DNA of 64,000 nucleotides from Minisyncoccota bacterium (GCA_965267345.1 OZ253947.1:202814-266813), one strand, 5' to 3'; counted from the first letter of the stretch, positions 46,092 through 56,842 are shown. Numbers and translations: made by a program. The notes: generated by a model not told the origin, from the sequence alone.

Positions 46092-46640
46092 ATGTTTGAT
46101 TTTTCACCAACAAAAAGTCGGATCGCCGACACACATGCGTGGTTGCGTACTGAGTACAAGGGCTTGCGCACCGGTCGCGCCACCCCAACACTACTTGATG
46201 GTATTCAGGTTGAGAGCTACGGCGCACGGGTGCCGCTTAATCAGGTGGCGAACGTCGGTGTCGAAGACGCACGTACGTTGCGCGTAACGCCGTGGGATGC
46301 GTCGCAGGTTAAAGAGATTGAAAAGGCGGTGACCCAAGCCGATTTGGGCGTGGGTGTGTCCGCAGACGAAAAAAGTGTTCGCGTGAGCTTTCCTGAACTG
46401 ACCGTCGAGCGTCGCGAATCGCTGATTAAGCTTGCAAAAGATAAACTGGAGCACGCCCGCACAAGTGTTCGCGGTATTCGTGATGATGCATGGAGCGAGA
46501 TCCAGCAGCAGGAGCGCGACGGTGACATCAGCGAAGACGAAAAATTCCGCTACAAAGACGAATTGCAGAAGCTCATTGATGCTGCCAATGACGAGCTCGA
46601 AACATTCTTTACTAAAAAAGAAGAGGAGATTCGCAGCTAA
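46092..46640 (+). CDS. frr: Ribosome recycling factor
   Basis: LRTGRATP.LLD.I.VESYG, PELTVERR, ISEDE. Confidence 0.97.
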   Translation: MFDFSPTKSRIADTHAWLRTEYKGLRTGRATPTLLDGIQVESYGARVPLNQVANVGVEDARTLRVTPWDASQVKEIEKAVTQADLGVGVSADEKSVRVSFPELTVERRESLIKLAKDKLEHARTSVRGIRDDAWSEIQQQERDGDISEDEKFRYKDELQKLIDAANDELETFFTKKEEEIRS

Positions 46641-46660
46641 CCGACACCCAACCGCACACC

Positions 46661-47782
46661 ATGTCAGTTGTTCTGTTTATTGTCGTCCTTGTCGTGCTCA
46701 TTGTGGTGCACGAATTAGGGCACTTTTGGGTGGCGAAGTGGTTCGGCATCCGCGTTGACGAATTTGGGGTCGGCTACCCGCCGCGCGCGGTGGTACTCGG
46801 CCGTATTAAAGAAACGCTCTACACGCTGAACTGGCTTCCGTTCGGCGGATTTGTGCGCATTTTTGGCGAGCAACACGACAGCTCAATGACGCCCGAAGAG
46901 CGCCAGCGGGCGTTTATTCATAAACCACGCATCGTACAAGCGGTCGTACTTGCTGCCGGCATCGTCTGTAACATTCTGTTTGCGTGGGTGCTGTTTACCG
47001 CGACACTGATGCTCGGCGCGCCGACGGCAATTGAGGAGAATCAGCTCACACCCGACACTGATGCGCGTTTGATTGTGAGTACCGTGACGGTGGGCTCACC
47101 GGCAGAAGTTGCCGGCCTACAGGCAGGTGACGAAATTGTCGCTGTTGCCAGCGATGCCGAGCAGCTCGACACACTCGTACTCGTACCCAGCGATGTATCA
47201 GCCTTCATTAAAGCACACGCTGGTGACAGCATCGCCATTACCTATGAGCGGAACAACGATGACGCAGTGGTGACGCGCACGGTTGATCTTGCACCCGCAC
47301 ATGGTGTGCTCGACGCAACCCCCGGAGTCCCCGCTGTGGGCATTGGTATGGCCCTTGTTGCCGAGCGTGCACTGCCGATACACGAAGCACTCGTGAGCGG
47401 TTTTGTTGAAACGATGACGGCACTGGCGAATGTCACGGTTGGACTGACAGCATTCTTTATGCAGGCAGCTACCGGCTCGGTGCAGTGGGAGCAAATTGCC
47501 GGTCCGGTTGGTATTGCAGCTCTCGTGGGTGACGCGTCGACTGTCGGCTTTGTTTACCTGCTGTACTTTACGGCGTTTATTTCGATTAACTTAGCGGTAA
47601 TTAACCTGCTGCCGCTTCCGGCGCTCGACGGCGGACGACTGCTCTTTGTCGCAATTGAGGCAATAACGAATCGACCGATTAACTATACCGTTGCACTTGC
47701 ACTTAATGTCATTGGCTTTGGCCTGATTATGTTGCTGATGATCGTGGTGACGTATCACGATATTGCGCGGCTCATTAGCTAG
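46661..47782 (+). CDS. rseP: RIP metalloprotease RseP (M50) with PDZ domain
   Basis: HELGH, LPFGGFV, NLLPLPALDGG. Confidence 0.95.
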   Translation: MSVVLFIVVLVVLIVVHELGHFWVAKWFGIRVDEFGVGYPPRAVVLGRIKETLYTLNWLPFGGFVRIFGEQHDSSMTPEERQRAFIHKPRIVQAVVLAAGIVCNILFAWVLFTATLMLGAPTAIEENQLTPDTDARLIVSTVTVGSPAEVAGLQAGDEIVAVASDAEQLDTLVLVPSDVSAFIKAHAGDSIAITYERNNDDAVVTRTVDLAPAHGVLDATPGVPAVGIGMALVAERALPIHEALVSGFVETMTALANVTVGLTAFFMQAATGSVQWEQIAGPVGIAALVGDASTVGFVYLLYFTAFISINLAVINLLPLPALDGGRLLFVAIEAITNRPINYTVALALNVIGFGLIMLLMIVVTYHDIARLIS

Positions 47783-47869
47783 TACCTCGTTAGAACACAG
47801 CGGCGTAGGGTTTGTCCAGCCGTGGGAGTCTTCTGTTCGGACGGCTTTTCTGCTAGTATTGCTGACACG

Positions 47870-49141
47870 ATGGCTGACACACTACGACAATCGGAACTGT
47901 TCACGAAGACGCGCAAAGAAGCGCCGAAAGACGAGGTGTCAAAAAACGCGCAGCTACTCATCCGCGCGGGCTACATTCACAAAGAAATGGCAGGTGTCTA
48001 CGCATTTTTGCCGTTGGGGTTGCGTGTTTTCAATAATATTGTGCGTGTCATTCGCGAAGAGATGAATGCAATTGGCGGCCAAGAGGTACACCTTGCGGCA
48101 CTGCAGGACAAAGACACGTGGGACGCAACAGGACGCTGGGACGATGAAACGCTCGATGTGTGGTTTAAGACGCACCTGCACAGCGGTGACGCATTCCACG
48201 AAGGAACGGAGCTTGGACTGGCAAGTACGCATGAAGAACCGCTCACCAAACTGATGACGGAGCACATCGCCTCGTATAAAGATCTGCCTCGCTACGTCTA
48301 TCAATTTCAGACAAAATTCCGTAATGAGATTCGCGCGAAGAGCGGCATCATGCGCACGCGCGAATTCGTGATGAAGGATCTCTACTCATTCAACCGTGAC
48401 GAGGAGAGCTTTCGCGAATTTTACGAAACCTGTGCCGCTGCGTACACCCGCATTTTTGAGCGGCTGGGTATTGGCGATCGTACGTACCGCACCTTTGCTA
48501 GCGGCGGCTCATTTTCAAAATTTAGCGACGAGTTTCAGACGCTCTCAGATGCCGGTGAAGATTTGATCTACATCAACGATGAGACGGGGACTGCACTCAA
48601 TAAAGAAGTGTACACTCCTGAGGTACTGAATGATCTCGGATGGGACGACGGGGCGCTCCGCGAAGCAAAGGCAATTGAGGTGGGAAACATCTTTCCATTG
48701 GGAGATAAGTTTTCAAAGGCACTTGGCCTGACGTTTAAAGATGCAACGGGTACACCCGTGCCCGTGTACATGGGTTCGTACGGTATCGGCCCTGCGCGAG
48801 CGATGGGCACCGTTGCGGAAGTGCGCTCTGACGACAAGGGACTCGTGTGGCCGGAAGAAATTGCACCGTTTACCTACCACCTGTTGGTGCTGGATAACGG
48901 CAATGAAGAGGTACGGATGGAAGCTGAGCGGGTGTTTGCGGACATGGAACAGCGCGGTATGTCGGTACTCTATGATGATCGCGACGTACGAGCAGGCGAA
49001 AAATTTGCCGATGCCGACCTGATTGGTATTCCGAAGCGCATTATTATCAGCGAGAAAACACTCGCACAGGGGCAGCTCGAGCTGGTGCACCGCGCGACGG
49101 GTTCATCAAACTTTATTTCTGAGCAGGAGCTGCTGAGCTAA
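47870..49141 (+). CDS. proS: Proline--tRNA ligase (short form without editing insertion)
   Basis: LLIRAGYI, THEE, KFRNEIRAKSGIMRTREFVMKDLYSF, MGSYGIG. Confidence 0.96.
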   Translation: MADTLRQSELFTKTRKEAPKDEVSKNAQLLIRAGYIHKEMAGVYAFLPLGLRVFNNIVRVIREEMNAIGGQEVHLAALQDKDTWDATGRWDDETLDVWFKTHLHSGDAFHEGTELGLASTHEEPLTKLMTEHIASYKDLPRYVYQFQTKFRNEIRAKSGIMRTREFVMKDLYSFNRDEESFREFYETCAAAYTRIFERLGIGDRTYRTFASGGSFSKFSDEFQTLSDAGEDLIYINDETGTALNKEVYTPEVLNDLGWDDGALREAKAIEVGNIFPLGDKFSKALGLTFKDATGTPVPVYMGSYGIGPARAMGTVAEVRSDDKGLVWPEEIAPFTYHLLVLDNGNEEVRMEAERVFADMEQRGMSVLYDDRDVRAGEKFADADLIGIPKRIIISEKTLAQGQLELVHRATGSSNFISEQELLS

Positions 49142-49152
49142 CAGTGAGACGT

Positions 49153-50235
49153 ATGCGCGGAATACTCACGTACCTACAACGACTGTGGACACGCTTGACG
49201 AGCGTGTTTTCCGAAGATATCGGTATTGACCTCGGGACGGCGAACACCCTTGTGTACGTTCGCGGAAAAGGCATTGTCATCAATGAGCCGTCGATCGTCG
49301 CCATGAATCAAAAAACAGGGCAGGTGGTTGCTGTTGGCGCCGACGCTAAAAGTATGCTCGGTCGCACACCAACGCACATCACGGCCGTACAGCCGCTCAT
49401 CGACGGTGTTATTTCCGACTTTGAGGTGACTGAAGAGATGCTCGGCTACCTCATCCGTAAAGCGCAGGACGGGCGCACCCGACTACTTGGCCCGCGCGTG
49501 GTTGTCGGTGTGCCGTCGGGCATTACCTCGGTTGAAGTACGCGCCGTGCAGGACGCGGCACGTAATGCCGGTGCCCGTGAAGTATTCATTGTTGAAGAGC
49601 CGATGGCGGCGGCGATCGGGATTCGCCTGCCTGTGCATGAGCCGTCTGGTTCGATGGTTATCGACATCGGTGGCGGAACGACCGACATCGGTATCGTCTC
49701 ACTTGGTGGCTTGGTGAATGCAAAGAACGTGCGCATTGCGGGCGACAAACTTAATGACGATATCGTTAACTATATTCGCAGTGAATTTAAAATTCTTATC
49801 GGGCGACGTTCGGCAGAAGATTTGAAAATCGCGGCTGCTGCGGTGGTGGAAGGCGACACGCCACTTGAGGCAACAGTGCGCGGGCGCGATCTGGTGACGG
49901 GCTTGCCACGTGAGGTGATTATTACCGATGCTGATATTCGCGAAGCCATCGCCACCTCAATTGACCAGCTCGTTGATGCCGTCAAAGAAGTGCTCGAAAC
50001 GGCGCCACCGGAAGTGGTCTCCGACGTCATGCGTCGGGGTATCTACCTTGCCGGCGGCGGTGCACTGATTCGTGGGCTTGGGGATTTATTGGGGGAAGCG
50101 CTCGGCGTGCCCGTGTATACTGCGGATGAGCCGCTGACCGCGGTGGTACGCGGTACTGGTTTTATTCTTGAGGATGTCGAGGCGTATCGCGAAACACTGA
50201 TAACCCAAAGCCATGAACTTTCACCGACCGAATAG
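49153..50235 (+). CDS. mreB: Rod shape-determining protein MreB
   Basis: DIGIDLGTANTL, EEPMAAAIG, DIGGGTTD, GGGALI; heads mreBCD-mrdA. Confidence 0.96.
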   Translation: MRGILTYLQRLWTRLTSVFSEDIGIDLGTANTLVYVRGKGIVINEPSIVAMNQKTGQVVAVGADAKSMLGRTPTHITAVQPLIDGVISDFEVTEEMLGYLIRKAQDGRTRLLGPRVVVGVPSGITSVEVRAVQDAARNAGAREVFIVEEPMAAAIGIRLPVHEPSGSMVIDIGGGTTDIGIVSLGGLVNAKNVRIAGDKLNDDIVNYIRSEFKILIGRRSAEDLKIAAAAVVEGDTPLEATVRGRDLVTGLPREVIITDADIREAIATSIDQLVDAVKEVLETAPPEVVSDVMRRGIYLAGGGALIRGLGDLLGEALGVPVYTADEPLTAVVRGTGFILEDVEAYRETLITQSHELSPTE

Positions 50236-51010
50236 AAACCCGACACGCAGTGCCGTGCGCTGGCTACTTGGCATTGCCGTATTTGGTGCGCTGATGTTCG
50301 GCGTGAATGCGCTTCTCGACGGCCGACTGAGCTCACTGGTGCGGCTGCCCGCTGCGCCACTACAGGGCCTTGATGCGTCACTTACCGCTGCCGTGGGCAA
50401 CGCGCGCGCGGTGCTATCGCGCAATGATGTCGTGATACGCGAGCGTGATGTGCTCCGTGAGCGCGTGCGCGAGCTTGAAATATATGCCCTCAATAACCAA
50501 GTGCTCAAAGCGGAGAACGAAGCATTGCGACGGTTGCTCGGCGACACACCGGAGGACGGTACGGGCATTGCGGTGCGGGTGCTGACGCGTGGCGGTATTG
50601 CACCGTACGGCGTGCTTACTATTGCACAACCTGAATCAACGACACTAAGCGTCGGCGCACGCGTCTTTGGTGCACATGGCGTGGGCATTGGTGTAGTCAC
50701 CGACACATTCCCGACGTACGCGCAGGTGGAGCTGTTCTCACAACCGCAACGCAGCACAGACGTACTTATTCAGTCAGGCGATACGACGACACCGACTACC
50801 GTCACCGGTACCGGCAGCGGTAATTTTGTTGCGCGCGTTCCACGCGACGTTACCGTGCAGGTGGGTGACGCGGTGGTGCTCGCACAAGACAGCCGCATCG
50901 TGATTGGCATGGTGGGTGACGTAACCGTCACGCCGGCTGATGCGTTTAAAACAGTGCGCATTCGCGTACCACTTAATCTCGCGACGCTGCGATTTGTCAG
51001 TGTCGAGTAG
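50213..51010 (+). CDS. mreC: Rod shape-determining protein MreC
   Basis: TM, coiled coil LKAENEALRRLLG, beta domain; position after mreB. Confidence 0.88.
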   Translation: MNFHRPNRNPTRSAVRWLLGIAVFGALMFGVNALLDGRLSSLVRLPAAPLQGLDASLTAAVGNARAVLSRNDVVIRERDVLRERVRELEIYALNNQVLKAENEALRRLLGDTPEDGTGIAVRVLTRGGIAPYGVLTIAQPESTTLSVGARVFGAHGVGIGVVTDTFPTYAQVELFSQPQRSTDVLIQSGDTTTPTTVTGTGSGNFVARVPRDVTVQVGDAVVLAQDSRIVIGMVGDVTVTPADAFKTVRIRVPLNLATLRFVSVE

Positions 51011-51013
51011 CCT

Positions 51014-51280
51014 ATGCGAACGATATTTGCAGCGTGCGTCGGGTTGTGTACTGCAGGTATCATCATGGGTGTCTGGTGGGTCATTGTGCTCGGCGGGAGC
51101 GCAGCACTCATCTTTCGTCGCGCGTACTGGATCGTGACCGTCGGCATCATTCTCGACTTATGGTACGCACCGATTATTGGTGGGTGGTACGTGACGGGAC
51201 TCTACACCCTCATATTTGCCGCTGCAGCGATCAGTGCCGAATTCATTCGCGGGCGTTTCGTGTGGAGTAGTGACGCATGA
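51014..51280 (+). CDS. Short MreD-like membrane protein
   Basis: GIILDLWY...GLYTL; position between mreC and mrdA. Confidence 0.6.
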   Translation: MRTIFAACVGLCTAGIIMGVWWVIVLGGSAALIFRRAYWIVTVGIILDLWYAPIIGGWYVTGLYTLIFAAAAISAEFIRGRFVWSSDA

Positions 51281-51317
51281 TTTTGCACCGAGCGTAGTCT
51301 CGGAGTATCCTTAGGAC

Positions 51318-53105
51318 ATGTCACTCTTCCGTCGGAAGCTTTTTTCAAGCAAAACGCGTCGCGCGGCGCCAATTGATCCTGATGAGGTGCTCCTTGATGC
51401 GTTTAACCTTCCCGATTTCAATACCCATCAACTTGAGGGACGCGTTGAGCGATCCATTCGCAGCTCAGTGCCACTGGCAGTTGGCGGCGCGATACTCGTC
51501 GTGTTCGGCATCTTTCTCTGGCAGTCATGGGACCTGCAGGTCACGCGCGGTGAGGCGATGGCGGTGCTCTCGGAACAAAACCAACTCGACCACGAAATTG
51601 TATTCGCACGACGTGGTGTCATCTACGACCGTTTTGGGCGCGAGCTTGCGTGGAATACTGCGCCACACACTGCCAGTACCACGGACATGCTCGGTGATAC
51701 GTTTTCTCTGCGCTCCTACAGCGATCAACGAGGAGTTGCTCACATTCTTGGCTTTGTCGACTACCCTGCGCATGACCAGCAGGGGAATTGGTGGCGCACT
51801 GAATACGAAGGACGTGCGGGCGTTGAGAGTAGTTTAGATACGCGTATTGCCGGTACCAACGGGGTGCGCATTATCGAAGTTGACGCACTTGGGCGCGTAC
51901 AGTCGGCCAACACACTCCGCGCGCCAGTTGACGGTGAGAATGTAACGCTCACGATCGATGCTGTGGTACAGGAGGCACTCTTCACCGCAATTCGCGATGG
52001 CGCGCAGCGTTCGGGCTTTACGGGTGGCGCAGGCGTCATTATGGATGCACGCACGGGTGAGGTAGTCGCGCTGACGAGCTATCCTGAGTATGACGTACAG
52101 GTGATGACCGATGGTGTCGATACCGATGCGATTGCCGCATACGTGCAGGATGAGCGCGATCCGTTTTTGAATCGTGCAGTACTCGGCGAGTACACACCCG
52201 GATCGATTGTGAAGCCCTACATCGCTGCCGCCGCCCTTGCTGAAGGGGTGATCACACCCGAAAAGCAGATTTTATCGACGGGCGAGATTCGTATACCCAA
52301 TCCCTACTATCCCGATCAATATTCTACGTTTCGTGATTGGAAAGCACATGGGTGGGTGGATGTGCGCCGCGCAGTCGCCGTGTCATCGAACGTGTATTTC
52401 TACGCGGTTGGTGGTGGTTACGAAGACCAGCAAGGTCTGGGCATCGATCTGCTCGCGTCCTACGCGCACGCATTTGGGCTTGGTGAGCCAACAGGTATTG
52501 ATCTTGCCAGCGAGGCATCAGGTGTTGTGCCGACGCCTGAGTGGAAAAGCCAAGTATTCGGCGAAGATGATCCGTGGCGCCTCGGTAACACGTACCACAC
52601 GTCAATTGGTCAGTTTGGCTTTCTCGTAACGCCACTGCAGGCAGTACGCTACATGGGCGCATTGGCAAATGGCGGTACGCTGCTCACACCGCACGTGCAA
52701 AAAGACACCATACCAACAACACAGAGCATTGGTATTGATGATGCGACGCTGCGCATTGTTCGCGACGGTATGCGCCGCGCTGTGCAGGGTGAGACGGCAG
52801 CAGCAGTGAATGTTGCGGGCATTGATATTGCGGCGAAAACAGGTACAGCGCAGCTCGGCAGAAACAACGAACTGATGAACTCATGGGTTGTCGGATTCTG
52901 GCCGGCCGAGCGACCACAATTTGCATTTGCCGTTGTGCTTGAGCGTGCACCGGCAGAGACATTGGTGGGTGCGGCACCGGCGATGCGCAGCTTTTTCGAG
53001 TGGCTCGTACGCGAGCAGCCGAGCTATGCAGCAGGTGCCTATCCGGTGCGTGAGGATGCGGTAGCTGCGCAGTGGGTAGATCTGTCCACACCCTTTGCTT
53101 TTTGA
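51318..53105 (+). CDS. mrdA: Penicillin-binding protein 2
   Basis: RGVIYDR, PGSIVK (SxxK), SSN, KTGTAQ. Confidence 0.93.
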   Translation: MSLFRRKLFSSKTRRAAPIDPDEVLLDAFNLPDFNTHQLEGRVERSIRSSVPLAVGGAILVVFGIFLWQSWDLQVTRGEAMAVLSEQNQLDHEIVFARRGVIYDRFGRELAWNTAPHTASTTDMLGDTFSLRSYSDQRGVAHILGFVDYPAHDQQGNWWRTEYEGRAGVESSLDTRIAGTNGVRIIEVDALGRVQSANTLRAPVDGENVTLTIDAVVQEALFTAIRDGAQRSGFTGGAGVIMDARTGEVVALTSYPEYDVQVMTDGVDTDAIAAYVQDERDPFLNRAVLGEYTPGSIVKPYIAAAALAEGVITPEKQILSTGEIRIPNPYYPDQYSTFRDWKAHGWVDVRRAVAVSSNVYFYAVGGGYEDQQGLGIDLLASYAHAFGLGEPTGIDLASEASGVVPTPEWKSQVFGEDDPWRLGNTYHTSIGQFGFLVTPLQAVRYMGALANGGTLLTPHVQKDTIPTTQSIGIDDATLRIVRDGMRRAVQGETAAAVNVAGIDIAAKTGTAQLGRNNELMNSWVVGFWPAERPQFAFAVVLERAPAETLVGAAPAMRSFFEWLVREQPSYAAGAYPVREDAVAAQWVDLSTPFAF

Positions 53106-53131
53106 TAATGACTAGTATAATGTGCGCCACT

Positions 53132-53605
53132 ATGAGTGACGAGGAGACACAATACCTAACACAGGAAAAATTTGAGGAGTTTACCAAAGAGCTCGACAGC
53201 CTTAAAACGGTACGTCGTCGTGAAGTTGCCGAAAAATTGGAGTACGCACGGTCACTGGGCGATTTGTCTGAAAATGCTGAATACCAAGAGGCGCGTGAGT
53301 TGCAGGGTGCAACTGAGGGGCGCATCAAACAATTGGAGGGTCTCTTGGCAAATGCGCACGTTATTGATGAGACCGTAAAGGGAAACGAAGTACACGTGGG
53401 CTCTACTGTCGCTATTGTGAAAGTGGGCAGCAAAGAGGAGCGCGAGTATGAAGTGGTTGGTTCAGCAGAGGCAAACATGCGCGATCGTAAAATTTCACAC
53501 ATGTCTCCATTGGGCATGGCGATGATGGGCAAGAAGAAGGGAGAAACGTTCGAATTTGAAACACCGAACGGCACCATGAAATATAAAATCGTTAAGGTGA
53601 AGTAA
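53132..53605 (+). CDS. greA: Transcription elongation factor GreA
   Basis: GDLSENAEY, ISHMSPLG. Confidence 0.97.
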   Translation: MSDEETQYLTQEKFEEFTKELDSLKTVRRREVAEKLEYARSLGDLSENAEYQEARELQGATEGRIKQLEGLLANAHVIDETVKGNEVHVGSTVAIVKVGSKEEREYEVVGSAEANMRDRKISHMSPLGMAMMGKKKGETFEFETPNGTMKYKIVKVK

Positions 53606-53623
53606 TCGATACCGAACAAGGAG

Positions 53624-53656
53624 AAAAGCGCGTGAATAGACCTCACGCGCTTTTTT
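53624..53656 (+). terminator. greA terminator
   Basis: AAAAGCGCGTGA-loop-TCACGCGCTTTTTT. Confidence 0.8.
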
Positions 53657-53671
53657 CTGTAGAATGCCGGA

Positions 53672-55240
53672 ATGTTCTGGGCAGACAAGATAGCGGAGGA
53701 AGCACAGGCCGCACTCGCTCCAAAAATTGCAGACGGGGAAACCTTAATTGTTCGTGATGAAAAGACGGCAAGCGGCCGTGTGCATGTCGGATCGATGCGC
53801 GGTGTTGCGATTCATGGCACTGTCGCCGCCGTACTTGCAGAGCAGGGTGTGCCCGTGAAGTTCCTCTATGAAATAAACGACTTTGACCCGATGGACGGAT
53901 TGCCGACGTATCTCGATGCAGACGAGTACCAACAGCATATGGGTAAGCCACTGCATGCGGTGCCTGCACCTGACGGTGCGGCGGAAAACTTTGCTGAGTA
54001 TTACGCACAGGAATTCATTGCGGTAATCACTGAAGCAGGGTTTACACCCGAGTACTACCGCGCGCGTGAGCTCTATACGTCGGGCCGTATGGATGCAGCG
54101 ATTCGCACTGCACTTGAGCGCGCCGACGACATACGTGCGATTTACAAAAAAACGAGCGGTGCTGAGAAGGCGGATGACTGGCTGCCACTGTCAGTTGTAT
54201 GTGAGCAGTGCGGAAAGATCGGCACGACAAAAGCACTCTCATTTGACGGCACAGTGGTGACGTACGAGTGCCGTACTGATTTAGTGACGTGGGCGGACGG
54301 GTGCGGCTACAAAGGGTCGCGCAGTCCGTTTGGCGGGAACGCAAAATTGCCGTGGAAGGTTGAGTGGGCGGCAAAATTTGCCGTACTCGGCGTGGATATT
54401 GAGGGTGGCGGTAAAGATCACTCGACGCGCGGTGGTGCGCGTGATGTTGCCAACCACATTGCCCGCGACATCTTTGACTACACGCCGCCGTTTGATATTC
54501 CGTATGAGTTTTTCCTCGTTGGCGGTAAAAAGATGTCGAGCTCGAAAGGCGCCGGCTCATCAGCACGCGAAATTGCCGACTCACTTCCGGAAAAAATATT
54601 CCGTCTCGCACTCCTCGGGACACGGCCGATGCGTGCTATTAATTTTGAGCCCGACGGTGCAACCATTCCGACACTTTTTGACAAATACGACACGCTAGCG
54701 GCGAAAGCACATGCAGGGGTGACTGACGACGAGACGCGGCTCTTCGAACTCATCCATCACGGCACCATCCCGCCGTATGTCGCGCCGATGCGTTTTTCTG
54801 AAGTGGCATTTCTGGTGCAGATGCCGCACCTCGATGTCTTCGAGGAGATGCGCAAGCAGAAAGGAGGCGATCTTACTGAAGGCGAAAAGAACGATTTGAC
54901 CGAACGGGTGCAGTACGCACAACGATGGATTGCCGAACACGCACCTGAGCGATACGTGTTTGAGTTGCAGAAAGCGGTACCCGACTACGATTTTACCGAT
55001 CAGCAACGCCACGCATTTGCGCAAATTCATGCGTATGTAGCGGCGCATGAACATGTGACGGGGGAAGAGCTGCATCACGCACTCCACGATATTAAAAACG
55101 ATGTCGGTATCGAGCCGAAAGAGCTCTTTTCCGGACTGTACCGCGCATTTTTGAATCGCGATTCAGGGCCACAGGCAGGATGGTTCTTAAGTATGCTCCC
55201 ACGCGACATGTTACTCGAGCGACTGCAGCAGGTGAGTTAG
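53672..55240 (+). CDS. lysS: Lysine--tRNA ligase, class I
   Basis: FWAD, SGRVHVGS (HIGH), KLPWKVEW, GKDH, KMSSSKG, GPQAGWF. Confidence 0.95.
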   Translation: MFWADKIAEEAQAALAPKIADGETLIVRDEKTASGRVHVGSMRGVAIHGTVAAVLAEQGVPVKFLYEINDFDPMDGLPTYLDADEYQQHMGKPLHAVPAPDGAAENFAEYYAQEFIAVITEAGFTPEYYRARELYTSGRMDAAIRTALERADDIRAIYKKTSGAEKADDWLPLSVVCEQCGKIGTTKALSFDGTVVTYECRTDLVTWADGCGYKGSRSPFGGNAKLPWKVEWAAKFAVLGVDIEGGGKDHSTRGGARDVANHIARDIFDYTPPFDIPYEFFLVGGKKMSSSKGAGSSAREIADSLPEKIFRLALLGTRPMRAINFEPDGATIPTLFDKYDTLAAKAHAGVTDDETRLFELIHHGTIPPYVAPMRFSEVAFLVQMPHLDVFEEMRKQKGGDLTEGEKNDLTERVQYAQRWIAEHAPERYVFELQKAVPDYDFTDQQRHAFAQIHAYVAAHEHVTGEELHHALHDIKNDVGIEPKELFSGLYRAFLNRDSGPQAGWFLSMLPRDMLLERLQQVS

Positions 55241-55262
55241 TAGCGCGGTGTCACGGTGCTCG

Positions 55263-55297
55263 AAAAACCCCATCTCGGATATCCGAGATGGGGTTTT
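55263..55297 (+). terminator. Long palindrome or terminator after lysS
   Basis: AAAACCCCATCTCGGAT|ATCCGAGATGGGGTTTT. Confidence 0.75.
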
Positions 55298-55330
55298 CCT
55301 GTGGTGGCGGAATGTGGATAAGTGCGACAG

Positions 55331-55380
55331 GGTGGGAGAGAGTGTAGTAGAATTACCATCAAGTGGGAGAGAGTGGGAAA
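55331..55380 (+). promoter_or_regulatory. MraZ-binding GTGGG repeats at the dcw promoter
   Basis: GTGGGAGAGA-GTGTAG...GTGGGAGAGA-GTGGGA, 10-bp period, upstream of mraZ. Confidence 0.75.
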
Positions 55381-55392
55381 CACACAACGCGC

Positions 55393-55827
55393 ATGCTTCT
55401 TGGAGAATACACACATACGTTGGACGACAAGAAGCGACTCACGTTGCCCAAAAAGTTTAAAGAGCAGCTGGGCAGAAAAATAGTAGTCACGCGCGGGTTG
55501 GATAACTGTCTCTTCCTCTACGCGGAAAAGGAATGGAATACCGTCGCGCAGCACCTTCGTGAGCTGAGCTTCGCCCAAGCCGACACCCGCGGCTTCAACC
55601 GCTTCATGTTTTCAGGAGCAGCAGAGGTTGAAGTGGATAGCGCCGGTCGCATTTTGATTCCCGACCATCTTAAAAAGTTTGCCGCGCTCAAAACCAAAGT
55701 GGTGCTGGCGGGCGTATCAGATCGAGTCGAGATCTGGGATGAAAAGCGTTGGGCATCGTACCAGCAACACATTGAAAAGCAGGGCGATGCGATGGCCGAG
55801 AAGTTAGGAGAAATTGGCGTGTTATAG
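55393..55827 (+). CDS. mraZ: Division/cell wall cluster repressor MraZ
   Basis: GEYTHTLDDKKRLTLP, DSAGRILIP, RVEIWD. Confidence 0.97.
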   Translation: MLLGEYTHTLDDKKRLTLPKKFKEQLGRKIVVTRGLDNCLFLYAEKEWNTVAQHLRELSFAQADTRGFNRFMFSGAAEVEVDSAGRILIPDHLKKFAALKTKVVLAGVSDRVEIWDEKRWASYQQHIEKQGDAMAEKLGEIGVL

Positions 55828-55873
55828 GTCGAGTTGGTGTTTACATTGAGCTGCTGGGGGATTTTTTATAGTC

Positions 55874-56842
55874 ATGCGCACTCACAATATTCAATCCTCC
55901 AGCGACTCAACGTCGACACCACACACCCGACACGTATCCGTTCTTTCACAACAGGTACAGAACGTACTCGACATACAACACTGTGAGACCGTCGTCGATT
56001 GCACGCTCGGCGGTGGTGGACACGCACGCATGCTTGCTGAGCAGCTCGATGACTGCGGCACGTTTGTTGGCTTTGATGCCGACAGCGCAGCCATTGCGCG
56101 AGCGCAGGAGCGATTGCATGGTGTCGCACCGACATGTCACTTCATCAATGCAAACTTTCGACAGCTGCGCGAAGCACTTGCCGAGCGCGACATTGCACGC
56201 GTTGATGCTGTGCTGTTTGATCTGGGGCTCAGTAGTGACCAGCTTGAACAGTCGGGGCGAGGATTCAGCTTTGATCGTGATGAACCGCTCGCTATGACAT
56301 TTGCCGACGCACCCACTGAAGGAACCCTCACTGCTGAAGAGATCCTCATGACGTGGGAAGAGCAGCACCTTGCTGACATCTTCTACGGCTGGGGCGGTGA
56401 GCGATTTGCTCGACGCATTGCTCGCGCCATTGTCGCGACACGCGCACAGACACCAATCACCACCACACAGCAGTTGGTTGACATTGTCACCGCTGCAATA
56501 CCCGCACGATTTCGTTCGCACAAACGCAATCCGGCGACAAAGGTATTCCAAGCGTTGCGCATTGCGGTAAACGACGAACTAGATGCACTTGAAACGGCAT
56601 TGGCTGCACTGCCCGACGTCATGGCACCGAACGGGCGCGTAGCAATTATTAGCTTTCACAGTATTGAAGATCGAGTCGTTAAAGAGACCTTTCGCACATG
56701 GGAACGAAATGGCCTCGGGAACCGTATTACTCGTAAACCCATAACACCGGAGGGGGGTGAAGTATCCAACAACCCGCGCGCTCGTAGCGCCAAACTTCGC
56801 GCCTTCGTTTTCACACACTATGAACAAGCACATTCACAATAA
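55874..56842 (+). CDS. rsmH: 16S rRNA m4C1402 methyltransferase
   Basis: HVSVL, DCTLGGGGHA, DLGLSSDQL, FQALRIAVNDEL, NPRARSAKLR. Confidence 0.97.
   Translation: MRTHNIQSSSDSTSTPHTRHVSVLSQQVQNVLDIQHCETVVDCTLGGGGHARMLAEQLDDCGTFVGFDADSAAIARAQERLHGVAPTCHFINANFRQLREALAERDIARVDAVLFDLGLSSDQLEQSGRGFSFDRDEPLAMTFADAPTEGTLTAEEILMTWEEQHLADIFYGWGGERFARRIARAIVATRAQTPITTTQQLVDIVTAAIPARFRSHKRNPATKVFQALRIAVNDELDALETALAALPDVMAPNGRVAIISFHSIEDRVVKETFRTWERNGLGNRITRKPITPEGGEVSNNPRARSAKLRAFVFTHYEQAHSQ

Noticed and set aside
52684-53688. 334-aa minus-strand ORF
   Set aside because: Antisense to greA and mrdA.
53672-55240. Class I LysRS as a novelty
   Set aside because: Established in archaea and several bacterial lineages; reported as a feature only.
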